Source: Desulfomicrobium sp. (GTDB lineage Bacteria; Desulfobacterota; Desulfovibrionia; Desulfovibrionales; Desulfomicrobiaceae). Taken from it: a DNA stretch of 64,000 nucleotides. Positions 19,664 through 29,300 of the stretch are shown piece by piece. The stretch spans positions 160,001 through 224,000 of the forward strand of contig JAXGMI010000002.1 in the NCBI GenBank assembly GCA_040768745.1, given 5' to 3'. A program made the position numbers and the translations under genes. A model generated the notes under the pieces. That model did not search any database, had not been told where the DNA came from, and saw only the letters and a list, made by a program, of their open reading frames with translations. How positions within the stretch are numbered: the first letter of the stretch is position 1; the number at the start of each line of letters is the position of its first letter.

Positions 19664-20821
19664 TCACTTGGCCATGACAAACTTGCCATTCTTGACCTGG
19701 ACCATGACCATGGAATCGACACCCAAACCGTTGTGGTCCTCTGGAGTCAGGTTGTAGGTGCCGGAAATGCCCACATAGTTCGTGGTCTTCTGGATGGCTG
19801 CGCGCAGGGCCTCAGGCTCGGTGCCCGCCGCCTTGATGGCATTGACCACAATCATGATGGCGTCCCAGGCATAGCCCGAATGGGTGTTGATGGGGAACTG
19901 CTTGTCGTAGCCCTTTTCGGTGTACAGCTTGATAAACTCCTTGATGACGGGCTTCTGCGGATCCGTGTCAGGAAGTTCGTCGGCCACCATGAGCTTGGTG
20001 GCGGGCATCAGATTGTCTTCGGCCGCGGGTCCGGCCAGCTCGATGTATTCGGGGGAAGGCTGTCCGTGGCATTGGAACATGGGCAGGTCGATGCCCAGCT
20101 GGGCTCTGTTCTTGGCCGCGATGGGCCCGGCCGGGCCCGTGGTCCAGACCACCAGGGCCTGGGGGGAGGCGTTCTTGGCCTTGGTCAGCTGGGCGGTCAT
20201 GTCCGTGTCCCGTGCGCCAAAGGATTCCTTGCTGACCAGCTCGATTCCGAATTGCGGACCCAGCTCTTCCATCCAGCGCAGTCCATCCTTGCCGAACCCG
20301 TCGTCAGCCGAAAGCAGGGCGATCTTGGTCAGCTTTTTTTCCTTCAGGTACATGAACAGGCGCTCCACAGCAGTCTTGGAGCGCTGGGGTGACTTGAAGA
20401 CCCAGTCGAAGGGGCCGAATTTGCCGCCCATGATGACCGGGTCCCCACCAACGGTCATGACGATGGGAGTCTTTCCCTCGTGCGCGATTTTTTTGACGTT
20501 CATGCCCGTGTCGGTCAGTGTCGGCCCGATGATGGCCACGACCTTGTCCTTGTGGATGAACTTGGTGGCAATGTTGGCCGCCTTGGCAGGATCGCCTTCG
20601 GTATCGCCAATGACGAGTTCCAGCTTTTTGCCGTTGATGCCTCCTTCGGCATTGAGCTTGTCCACGACCATCTCGGCTACCAGCTTGGTGGGTGTGCCGA
20701 TGACGGATGCGCGCCCCGACAGGTCGAAAAAGGCACCCAGTTTGATGGTGTCCGCCGCCAGGGCCGGTGCTGACAGCAGCACAAGGCCGGTCAGAATTCC
20801 AAAAATCGTGCGCATGTCCAT
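19664..20821 (-). CDS. Branched-chain amino acid-type ABC substrate-binding protein (LivK family)
   Basis: Signal peptide, IKLGA..DLSG, N..GGINGKKL, DDGFG.DG, AWDA. Confidence 0.9.
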   Translation of the reverse strand: MDMRTIFGILTGLVLLSAPALAADTIKLGAFFDLSGRASVIGTPTKLVAEMVVDKLNAEGGINGKKLELVIGDTEGDPAKAANIATKFIHKDKVVAIIGPTLTDTGMNVKKIAHEGKTPIVMTVGGDPVIMGGKFGPFDWVFKSPQRSKTAVERLFMYLKEKKLTKIALLSADDGFGKDGLRWMEELGPQFGIELVSKESFGARDTDMTAQLTKAKNASPQALVVWTTGPAGPIAAKNRAQLGIDLPMFQCHGQPSPEYIELAGPAAEDNLMPATKLMVADELPDTDPQKPVIKEFIKLYTEKGYDKQFPINTHSGYAWDAIMIVVNAIKAAGTEPEALRAAIQKTTNYVGISGTYNLTPEDHNGLGVDSMVMVQVKNGKFVMAK

Positions 20822-20868
20822 CTCTCCTCTGCTCTTGGTTGAGGTGATGAAGGGTTCAGCCTTGCCAA

Positions 20869-22956
20869 CTACACAATCTCATCCTGGATCCTGCTGTCGA
20901 AAACCCGCTGGCTCTTGCGTTCCGAGCGGGGCAGGCTGCCGTAGTCCACGATCTCGATGTCTGCCGTGACCAGCAGTTGCCGCTTGATCTGGTGCCCGGC
21001 CTCGTGGATCAGCTCGGGAGTGCGGCTTGCCTGCACGCCCTGGGCCCGCTCCACCACCAGGCGCATGTGTTCCCGGCCACTGCTGTCCCGGGTCAGATGG
21101 ATCTGGTACTCGGATCCCATGCCCGGCACAGACGAAAGAATGGTATCCACCGAACTGGGATAGATGTTCACCCCCCGGAACTTGATGGTGTCGTCGGAAC
21201 GGCCCCGGATGCGCGAGTGTTTGGGCATGAGGCTTCCGCACGTGCAGGGGCCGGGGATGATGCGGGTGATGTCCCGGGTGCGGTAGCGGATGAGGGGAGA
21301 CCCTTCCTTGCACAGGGAAGTGACCACCATTTCCCCCCATTCCCCGTCGGGCAGGGGTTGCAGGGTGTCCGGATCGAGGATCTCCAGCAGGTAGTAGTCC
21401 CCCCAGTAATGGATGCAATCGTGGTCAGGGCATTCTATGCCTGCCCCGGGACCGTAGAGTTCGGTCAGGCCGGTGATGTCGAAGAGTTCTGCCCCGCCGA
21501 AGAGCTCGGAAATTTTCCTGCGCATGCTGCGGCTGGAACGCTCGGATCCATAGATGATCTTCCGCACGGCGATCTTGTCGGCAACTCCGCGTTTGTGGAT
21601 CTCTTCGGCCATGAGCAGGGCCATGGAGGCCGTGGAGCAGAACACTGTGGATTGGAAGTCGAGCAGAAACTGGATCTGCATGTCGATGTTGCCTGGACCC
21701 ACAGGCACGGACAGAGCCCCGATTTTTTCGCATCCGAGTTGGAAGCCCATACCCGCTGTCCACACCCCATAGCCCACGGCCACCTGGACCCGGTCCAGGA
21801 CCGTGACCCCGGCCATTTGATAGCACCGGGCGAACATGTCGGTCCAGTCGTCCAGGTCCTTCTGGGTGTAGCAGAGAACCTTGCGCTTGCCCGTGGTCCC
21901 GGAACTGGCGTGGACGCGCACGAGCTGTTCGAAGGGCACGCTGCGCAGGGGAAAGGGATATCCGTCCCGGAGGTCCTCGGTGGTGGTGAAGGGCAGGCGC
22001 TGCAGGTCCTCCAGGGTGTGGATGGAATCAGGCCTGATACCGGCGGCATCGAGCTTGGCGCGGTAGGCCGAAGAGCCTTCATAGGCGTGTCGGACTGTCC
22101 ATTGCAGGCCCTGAATTTGGTGGGCACGCAGATCCTCGGCAGTTTTGAAGGTGGGCAGGAAGTTTTTGTTGTGCATTGCGGGTTTCTCCAGACGGATATT
22201 GGTCAGGCCGGCCGCCCCCAGGCGGCTGGAAGCGGGATTGTCGTGACTGGCCGCGCCCAGGAAGGCTGCGCGCAGGGTCGGATCAATGAGCAGGTCGCGG
22301 CTTTTGCCGTGCTCGACGATCCTTCCTCCGGCCAGCAGATAGGCCGTGTCCGAGGCCGAAAGGGCCCTGGCCGCGTTCTGCTCGACAATGAGGATGGTCG
22401 CCCCAGCCCGGCCCAGTTGATGGATGATGGAAAAAATTTCATCGGTGATGAGCGGGGCCAGGCCCAGGCTCGGTTCGTCCAGGAGGAGCAGCCGGGGATG
22501 GGCCATCAGCGCCCGGCCCATGGCCAGCATCTGCTGCTCGCCTCCGGACAGGGTCCCTGCCGTCTGTTGGCGCCGGTCCCTGAGTTTGGGGAAGCGGCCA
22601 AAGACCTCCTCCACGCGCCGGGCCTCTTCGGCCGAGGGCAGTTTCAGGGGAATGGCCCCGAGGCGCAGGTTGTCCAGAACAGACAGGGTGCCGAACACCT
22701 CCCGCCCCTCGGGCGAAAGGGCCAAGCCGGACTGGACCATGCGGGCCGGGGGCGCACCGGTCACGGCCGTGCCGTCCAGCAGAATCTCGCCGCCAGATGG
22801 CTTGACCAGGCCCATGAGACATTTGAGCAGGGTGCTCTTGCCCGCCCCGTTGGCTCCGACCAGGGCCACGGTTTCCCCGGCCCGCACCTCCATGTCGATG
22901 CCGAATAGGGCCTGGGCCGCACCGTAATGGGCTGTAAGGTTTCGTATGCTCAGCAT
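20869..22956 (-). CDS. Fusion: LivF-type ABC ATPase + phenylacetate--CoA ligase (PaaK family)
   Basis: N-terminal GANGAGKST, LSGGEQQML and LLLDEPSLGLAP; C-terminal HASSGTTGK, GLTEL.GPG, RYRTRD and GRSDD; one uninterrupted 695-aa ORF. Confidence 0.9.
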   Translation of the reverse strand: MLSIRNLTAHYGAAQALFGIDMEVRAGETVALVGANGAGKSTLLKCLMGLVKPSGGEILLDGTAVTGAPPARMVQSGLALSPEGREVFGTLSVLDNLRLGAIPLKLPSAEEARRVEEVFGRFPKLRDRRQQTAGTLSGGEQQMLAMGRALMAHPRLLLLDEPSLGLAPLITDEIFSIIHQLGRAGATILIVEQNAARALSASDTAYLLAGGRIVEHGKSRDLLIDPTLRAAFLGAASHDNPASSRLGAAGLTNIRLEKPAMHNKNFLPTFKTAEDLRAHQIQGLQWTVRHAYEGSSAYRAKLDAAGIRPDSIHTLEDLQRLPFTTTEDLRDGYPFPLRSVPFEQLVRVHASSGTTGKRKVLCYTQKDLDDWTDMFARCYQMAGVTVLDRVQVAVGYGVWTAGMGFQLGCEKIGALSVPVGPGNIDMQIQFLLDFQSTVFCSTASMALLMAEEIHKRGVADKIAVRKIIYGSERSSRSMRRKISELFGGAELFDITGLTELYGPGAGIECPDHDCIHYWGDYYLLEILDPDTLQPLPDGEWGEMVVTSLCKEGSPLIRYRTRDITRIIPGPCTCGSLMPKHSRIRGRSDDTIKFRGVNIYPSSVDTILSSVPGMGSEYQIHLTRDSSGREHMRLVVERAQGVQASRTPELIHEAGHQIKRQLLVTADIEIVDYGSLPRSERKSQRVFDSRIQDEIV

Positions 22957-23720
22957 CAGGCCGTGGCCTCCATGCGTCCCAGGTATGCTTCAAGCACCAG
23001 GGGATTTCTGCGGACCTCGTCCGGGGTGCCCGTAGCGATGCACTGCCCGCTGTCCAGAACCACGACGTGGTCGGCGATGTTCATGACCAGATCCATGTCA
23101 TGTTCAATCAGCAGAATGGTCTGTCCGGCCCGGCGCAGGGTGCGCAGCTGTTCGCCCACAGAAGCCGTTTCCTCGGCGTTGAGGCCGGCCACGGGCTCGT
23201 CCAGGAGAAGCAGCCGTGGATTGCCCACAGTGGCCCGGGCCAGTTCAACCCGTTTCTTGTCGCCGTAGGCCAGGACAGCCGCAGGCCAGCCCGCTTTGTC
23301 GGACAGGCCGAAGCGGTCCATGGCCTCCAGGGCCCGCAGCCTGAGCTGCCGTTCCCGATGGCGCAGAACCGGCAGGCGGAGCATGGCCATGCACATGGAC
23401 GTCCCACCTTCGCAGGTCAGCCCGGTGAGCACATTGTCCAGCACAGAGAGGCGAGGGAAGAGACGCAGATTCTGGAAGGTGCGGGTGATACCCAGGTGGG
23501 CGATGCGGTGAGCGGGCAGGCCGGAGATATCCACGCTCTCGAAATGAACCGACCCGCTGGTGGGGGGCAGCAAGCCGGTGACGCAGTTGATGAGCGTGCT
23601 CTTGCCTGCCCCATTGGGGCCGATGAGTGCTGTCAGACGCCCTTTCGGCACTCCGAAGGTGACGCTCTGGAGCGCCGGGAGCCCGCCGAAATTCTTGCTG
23701 ACCCCATCAAGCTGGAGCAT
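22956..23720 (-). CDS. livG: LivG-type ABC ATP-binding protein
   Basis: GPNGAGKST, RTFQNLRLF, LAYG, LLDEP, EHDM. Confidence 0.92.
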   Translation of the reverse strand: MLQLDGVSKNFGGLPALQSVTFGVPKGRLTALIGPNGAGKSTLINCVTGLLPPTSGSVHFESVDISGLPAHRIAHLGITRTFQNLRLFPRLSVLDNVLTGLTCEGGTSMCMAMLRLPVLRHRERQLRLRALEAMDRFGLSDKAGWPAAVLAYGDKKRVELARATVGNPRLLLLDEPVAGLNAEETASVGEQLRTLRRAGQTILLIEHDMDLVMNIADHVVVLDSGQCIATGTPDEVRRNPLVLEAYLGRMEATA

Positions 23721-24705
23721 GCTCCCTCCTCCGCAACGCCAGCTTGATGCGGATGGCGTCCACGATACCCGTGATCAGGCCTTGGGGCAGGAACATGAGA
23801 ACCAGGACCAGGACGCCGCCGTGGACGAAATCCTTGTAGGTTTCGAACCAGTCCATCCATTCCGGGAGCAGGGTCAGAAATGCAGCGCCGAACAGTGAGC
23901 CCCAGATGGAACCCATGCCTCCGATCACGACCATGATGACCATGTCCGTGGAGGTGAAGATGCCGAAGGTGTCCGGACTGACATAGCAGAAGCAGTGGGC
24001 AAAGAGACTCCCGGCCAGGGCTGCCAGGACGGCCGAAAGAATGAAGATCTTGACCTTGGCCGTACGGGTGTCCACGCCCAGACTCGCAGCCGCGGTCTCA
24101 TCCCCGGCCAGGGCGGCCAAACCCCGGCCCACTCCGCTGCGAACCAGATTCAGGGACAGCAGCAGGCAGAGCATGGCGAATGTCCAGAGCAGATAGTGCA
24201 GTCGAAGGGGCGTGTCGAACGCGAATGTGCCGAGGTTCAAGGACGGAATGCCTGCGAATCCGCTCGGCCCGCCCGTGACTTCGTCCCACTGCAGGAGAAC
24301 TGTGTGCACGACGTAGTTCAGGCCCAGTGTGGCCATGGCCAGGTAGTGCCCTGACAGACGCAGGACCGGAATGCCCACAGCCAGGGCTACCAGGGCCACC
24401 AGTCCGGCCACCAGAAACATGGCTGGCCAGGGCGGCAGCCCGAAAGTCACCGTGGCGATGGCCGACCCATATGCCCCGAGCCCGAAAAAAGCGGCGTGGC
24501 CAAGGGAGATCTGCCCGGCATAGCCGATGAAGAGATTGAGGCCCAGGACCACGATGGCGTTGATGGCGATGAGGTTTGTCAGACCCAGGGTATAGGGATT
24601 GCTGTCCAGGAAAGGGAAAAGGATCAGGGCAAGGGCCAGGACTGTCACGCTCAACCCGGTTCGGTGCAGGGACAGAAAGTAGAGGATGTGCTGTTTGCCG
24701 GTCAT
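23707..24705 (-). CDS. livM: LivM-type ABC permease
   Basis: GYAGQISLGHAAFFGLGAY, YLAMATLG, TGGPSG. Confidence 0.92.
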   Translation of the reverse strand: MTGKQHILYFLSLHRTGLSVTVLALALILFPFLDSNPYTLGLTNLIAINAIVVLGLNLFIGYAGQISLGHAAFFGLGAYGSAIATVTFGLPPWPAMFLVAGLVALVALAVGIPVLRLSGHYLAMATLGLNYVVHTVLLQWDEVTGGPSGFAGIPSLNLGTFAFDTPLRLHYLLWTFAMLCLLLSLNLVRSGVGRGLAALAGDETAAASLGVDTRTAKVKIFILSAVLAALAGSLFAHCFCYVSPDTFGIFTSTDMVIMVVIGGMGSIWGSLFGAAFLTLLPEWMDWFETYKDFVHGGVLVLVLMFLPQGLITGIVDAIRIKLALRRREHAPA

Positions 24706-24815
24706 GGAATTCCTTGTTGCCTGTCATCGGCCGGGTGGGGCGGCGGTGCCGGAAAAGTATAATCGATTTGTCCGGGGGTAAAGTCCGGAAATTTGTGTCT
24801 CATGTGAAGCGCGTC

Positions 24816-24978
24816 TTGCCGGGGTGGGCTTTCCACCCGCCTAAACTACTGCACCGGCCTTGTAACGTTGAACCATTGCCTGCCTCGATGACGCGGTCGT
24901 TCGCGTTGCGGGCAACGGTTCAACGAACGATGCCTGGCTCAGTCAGACAGTCGGCGGGCGGAAAGCCCACCCCAGCAA
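24816..24978. repeat. REP/REPIN-like nested inverted repeat
   Basis: GGGGTGGGCTTTCCACCCGCC (24821-24841) pairs with GGCGGGCGGAAAGCCCACCCC (24953-24973), 20/21; a second inner IR CGTTGAACCRTTGCCYGC. Confidence 0.75.
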
Positions 24979-25113
24979 TCCTTTGAGCACGTCCCGACGA
25001 CGGAGACCTGTCATGAGAAAGAACTCAGATGATATTAATGCCAAAAATCGCGGAAGATTCTTTGTCTGTTTGCCCTCCGTGTTGCCGGAACAGGCCCGGC
25101 CAGGAAGAAAGAC

Positions 25114-25191
25114 ATGGATTCTCCCCTTTGCGGGAATGACGCAACACCCGGACGTCACACAGATGTCATTCCCGCGAAGGCGGGAATCCAT
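25114..25191. repeat. REP-like doublet of the GTCATTCCCGCG..GCGGGAATCC class
   Basis: ATGGATTCTCCCCTTTGCGGGAATGAC (25114-25140) and GTCATTCCCGCGAAGGCGGGAATCCAT (25165-25191) are inverted, 24/27. Confidence 0.85.
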
Positions 25192-25280
25192 CTTCGAGCC
25201 ATTGACAATTCGGATTTGTTGCAGGCGCTTCGGCAAAAAAATCAAGCAACACATGAGAACAGCCTGTAGCCCGAGGCATC

Positions 25281-26141
25281 CTATTTCCCCAGCAGACCCT
25301 TGGGGCGCACAAAGAGTACCAGCAGCAGGACCACGAAAGCCACCACGTCTTTGTAGGCGCTGGACAGGTATCCAGCGGACAGGGACTCGAGCAGTCCCAG
25401 GCCCAGACCACCGAGGATGGCTCCGGGGAAGGATCCGAAACCGCCCAGGATGGCGGCTGCAAAGCCCTTGAGCCCCATGAGCACGCCCACGTCATAGTTC
25501 AGAGTGGTGATGGGTGTAACCAGCACTCCGGCCAGGCCGCCCAGGGCTCCGGCAATGGCATAGCTGGCCAGACGGACGCGTCCTGCGGCAATGCCGACCA
25601 CGGCAGCTGCCGTGGGATTGGACGCAACTGCCCGCATGGACAGACCGAGGGCGGTTTTGCGGAAAAACCAAGTCAACACGACGATGGCCACCATGGTCAA
25701 TCCCAGAATCCACAAGGCCTGGGGCAAAAAACTCGCGCCGAGGATCTGGACGGGGACGTCCTGCGTCAAAGGCGGAAGGGCCATGCGGTTCTTGCCCCAG
25801 ACGGCCTTGATGATTCCTCGCAGGATGATGGACAGGCCCACGGTCAGGAATGTGAGGACCAGATGATCGGCCGTGCGTGCCGGCCGAAGGCCCAGACGCT
25901 CCACGACCATGGCCACGGTGGCCACGGCGCAGACAGCCAGGACCAAAGCCGGAATGGTGGGGAGGCCCAAGGCAAACAGGGCCGAGAACATGAACATGCC
26001 GCCCAGGGTGACGAAATCGACCTGGATGAAGTTGACGATGCCCATGGTGTTGCTGACCACGCAAAAACCAATGGCAATCAGGGCGTATATGGCTCCGCTG
26101 GTCAAGCCCCCGAAGAGATATTGCAGGAGATCGGTGTACAA
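25281..26141 (-). CDS. livH: LivH-type ABC permease
   Basis: GLTSGAIYALIAIG, G.VNF, MRAVASN, KGFAAAILGG; TTG start. Confidence 0.92.
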   Translation of the reverse strand: MYTDLLQYLFGGLTSGAIYALIAIGFCVVSNTMGIVNFIQVDFVTLGGMFMFSALFALGLPTIPALVLAVCAVATVAMVVERLGLRPARTADHLVLTFLTVGLSIILRGIIKAVWGKNRMALPPLTQDVPVQILGASFLPQALWILGLTMVAIVVLTWFFRKTALGLSMRAVASNPTAAAVVGIAAGRVRLASYAIAGALGGLAGVLVTPITTLNYDVGVLMGLKGFAAAILGGFGSFPGAILGGLGLGLLESLSAGYLSSAYKDVVAFVVLLLVLFVRPKGLLGK

Positions 26142-26315
26142 AAAGTTTCCAACTGCTTGAAATTTCGAGATCGCGAACCATAGTCGAGATGAGGGTGAAT
26201 TTCAAGGACAGGGAAAGCCCCCTGCGTGGGAGAAAGAGGTGGCTGCCCGCCGTTAATGCGGCCAGGTTCGGACAGATGCGCAGGCCGGGTCGGGACACTC
26301 ACAGCCGATGAAGAC

Positions 26316-29300
26316 CTACTCCGGTTTGATGCCCGCGCTGGAGGCCGGGATGATCTTCACGAATCGAGTTTTGGCCTCATCGGCCAGAATCTGCACCGAT
26401 TCTGCCTCCCCGTTCTGGAAGCTGCCATGCAGGGCCGCAATGTACTTTCCGAGCAGTCCCTTCACCTGGACCTCGTCATCCTCGTCCAGTCCGCGGATGA
26501 CCACATGGGCTCCCCGGGCGAGGCGGCGGGTCAGGTTCTCGCGGCCGAAATTGAACTCAGGATACAGACACTGGTAGATGACGCCGCCTGTCATGCCCGC
26601 GCAGAGCCACGGCCCGGGATCGCCCAGGACCACGGCCCGGCCTCCGGTCATGTATTCGAAGGCGAAGCCCTTCAAGTGGGATCGCGAGGCAAGGTTGCCC
26701 AGATCGTCGCGGACCGGGGCGGTGATGCGTCCCCCGAAGATGGCGTCGGCTCCGGACATGCGTATGCAGGCCCGGGAGTCAGCCTGGTTCTGGACCATGA
26801 TCACACCGCTCAAAGCCCCATAGGCCAGGGATTTGCCGACGGATCCATCCACTCGCTGGCCCAGGATGTTGGCCCCTTTGAGAACGCAGACCAACCCGCC
26901 CTGGGCACCCTTGGCGATGCCATCCTGTCCACCGCCCTCGACCACCGTGCCGATACCATCCACGTTGAAGGCGCAAAGGCCGTTGCCCGGCACGGAGGAG
27001 GTCAGCAGAACGTCAACCTTGCCTCCGGCTGCCTTTGCCTCGCGGACCATGGCGCCGGCCAGATACGTGCCCACGGCCCGATCCACAGAGCGGACATTTT
27101 CCTCCTTGTACTGCACGTAGCCACAGCCCGCCATGAAACTGCTCATGGACAGGTCGGAGATGAGCCGGGTCAGATTGTCCAGGGGTTTTCTGGTGATGCG
27201 TGGCACAGGGCAGTAGGCCTTTTCTTCGTTCCTGGAAGCGGGCGAGAGCAGCTCCGTCAGGTCGATGCGGTCCAGTCCGCGGGTCTGGCGCAGCAAATCG
27301 GTCCGTCCCACCAGTTCGGTCAGGTTCCGTTCGCCCATGCCCGCCAGGATCCTCCGGATCTGATCGCCAAAGGCGCGCAGCAGCCTGGTCAGGTTTTCCG
27401 CCTCCACCGCCGGAAGCAGGGGTCTGAACAGTTTCACGCCCCGGGCGACCGCCTCTTCCGCCGTTCGGATCTGGGTCGAGATGCCGCGTGGACAGATGTC
27501 CAGATGGCACTGCTCGCAGCTGATGCATCCGACACCCATGAGGGCCACGGTGCCGATGCCGACACGGTTGGCCCCCAGGCAGATGAGCTTGACCACGTCC
27601 GCCCCAGATCTCACCCCTCCGTCGCACCACAGTTCCACCTGTTGCCGCAGGCCCGCCTCGGTCAGACCCCGGTGGGCCTGGGACACGCCGATCTCAACCG
27701 GCAGGCCGACATATTTCTTGGCGTGCTCCCTGGCCGCTCCTGTTCCGCCCTCGAATCCGCTGACGTTGACAACGTGCGCACCGGCCTTGGCCACGCCCAC
27801 GACAATGGTGGCCACGCCGCTGGTGACCGGAATCTTGACGGAAATGCGCGCCCCGGGGTTGGCCGTTTTCAGTTCAGTGATGATCTGACAGAGATCCTCA
27901 ATGGAGTAGATGTCATGGTGGTTGGAGGGGGAAATGAGGGCGATGCCCGGTTTGCAATGCCGCGCCTGGGCGACCATGGGAGTGACCTTGGAGCCTGGGA
28001 GATGGCCGCCTTCTCCGGGCTTGGCCCCCTGGCCGACCTTGATTTCCAGATATCGGGCGGAATTGAGCAGTTCCATGGACACGCCGAACCGGCCCGAGGC
28101 AACCTGCTGCCCACGGTTTTCCATGTATTTGCCGAGCATGTCCGGGATTTCCCCGCCCTCCCCATTCATGCAGATGATATTCGCCTTGCGGGCTGCCTCG
28201 GCATAGGCCCGGAAGGAATTTTCCCCCTGGGAGCCGAATGACATGGCCGAGATCAGCAGGGGCATGGCATGGCCTCCAATGGAAGTGTCCACGGATTCCA
28301 GGGGTAAGGGATCGGGGTGAAAGGAGGAAAAATCCAGCAGATGCCTGATCCCCACCGGATTTTCGGCGTCCAGTGCGGCCAGGGACTCGGCCATCTGCAC
28401 ATAGCCGGTCTTGCCTTCAGCCACGGAGCGCAAAATTTTTCCCACTTTGGCATTGCGCTTGGGCTCGGCGTAGAGCTTGCGCTCTTCGCCTTCCAGGACG
28501 AGAGCCAATCGGCGCCGACCCTGTTCCTCCAGCTCCACAAAACTCAATCCGGCAGTGACCGAGGAACAAAAATTGGCGCATCCGAACACTTCCTCCAAAT
28601 CCCTCTGCAGGCCAATGGATGCGAAGATGCGGCCATAACCGCACAGCTCGTGGATGCCCATGGTGGACATGACCTTCTCCACCCCGGTCTGCAAGGCCAT
28701 GAGGGTGTTGGACAGGGTCCTGTAGAGCCTGTCGGCGCTTTCGGCCTGGGCATAGGCCTGTTTCCAGAGCATGTACGGATTCACTGCTGCAGCCCCCAGA
28801 CCGAGGAGGAACATGATGTCGTGCAGGTTGCGGATGGCACCGCTGCGCACGATGACGGAGGGCAGGCGGGGAAGCCGCCCTTTTTCTGCGGCACGGGCCA
28901 GCCACGCCACGGCCAGGCCGGGATCGATAAAGACACGGCCATCGACGAAGCTTGCACAGTCGTCGAGGACCACCAGGGCTGCTCCCTCCTGGATGGATCG
29001 TCCGACTTCCGCCTCCAGCTGGCGGAGACGGGAGACCAAGCCCTGGTCCGGAACAAAGGTCGCATCAAGGATGGCGATGCGGCCCGGGTCGTGTTGCTGG
29101 GCCGTGAAGAAGTCCAGGACTTGTTCCAGGGTGTGGGTGCCGTGCTCCCGGCAGAGGGACAGAATGTCCAGGGAGGACAGGGCAGGGGAGAATTCGCCGC
29201 CGAGCAGGATGGGCGTCTCCAGACGCAGGGCCACGGGACTGGGTCGGCTGTCCGGCCGATCTCCCAGGATCACGGCGGTGGAGAAATGCTCGGCCTCGCG

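Noticed and set aside
26240..26310. TPP riboswitch or twister ribozyme upstream of livH
   Set aside because: Only fragments match (GAACCTG; TTAATGCGGC); core elements such as CTGAGA or CAAGC are missing.
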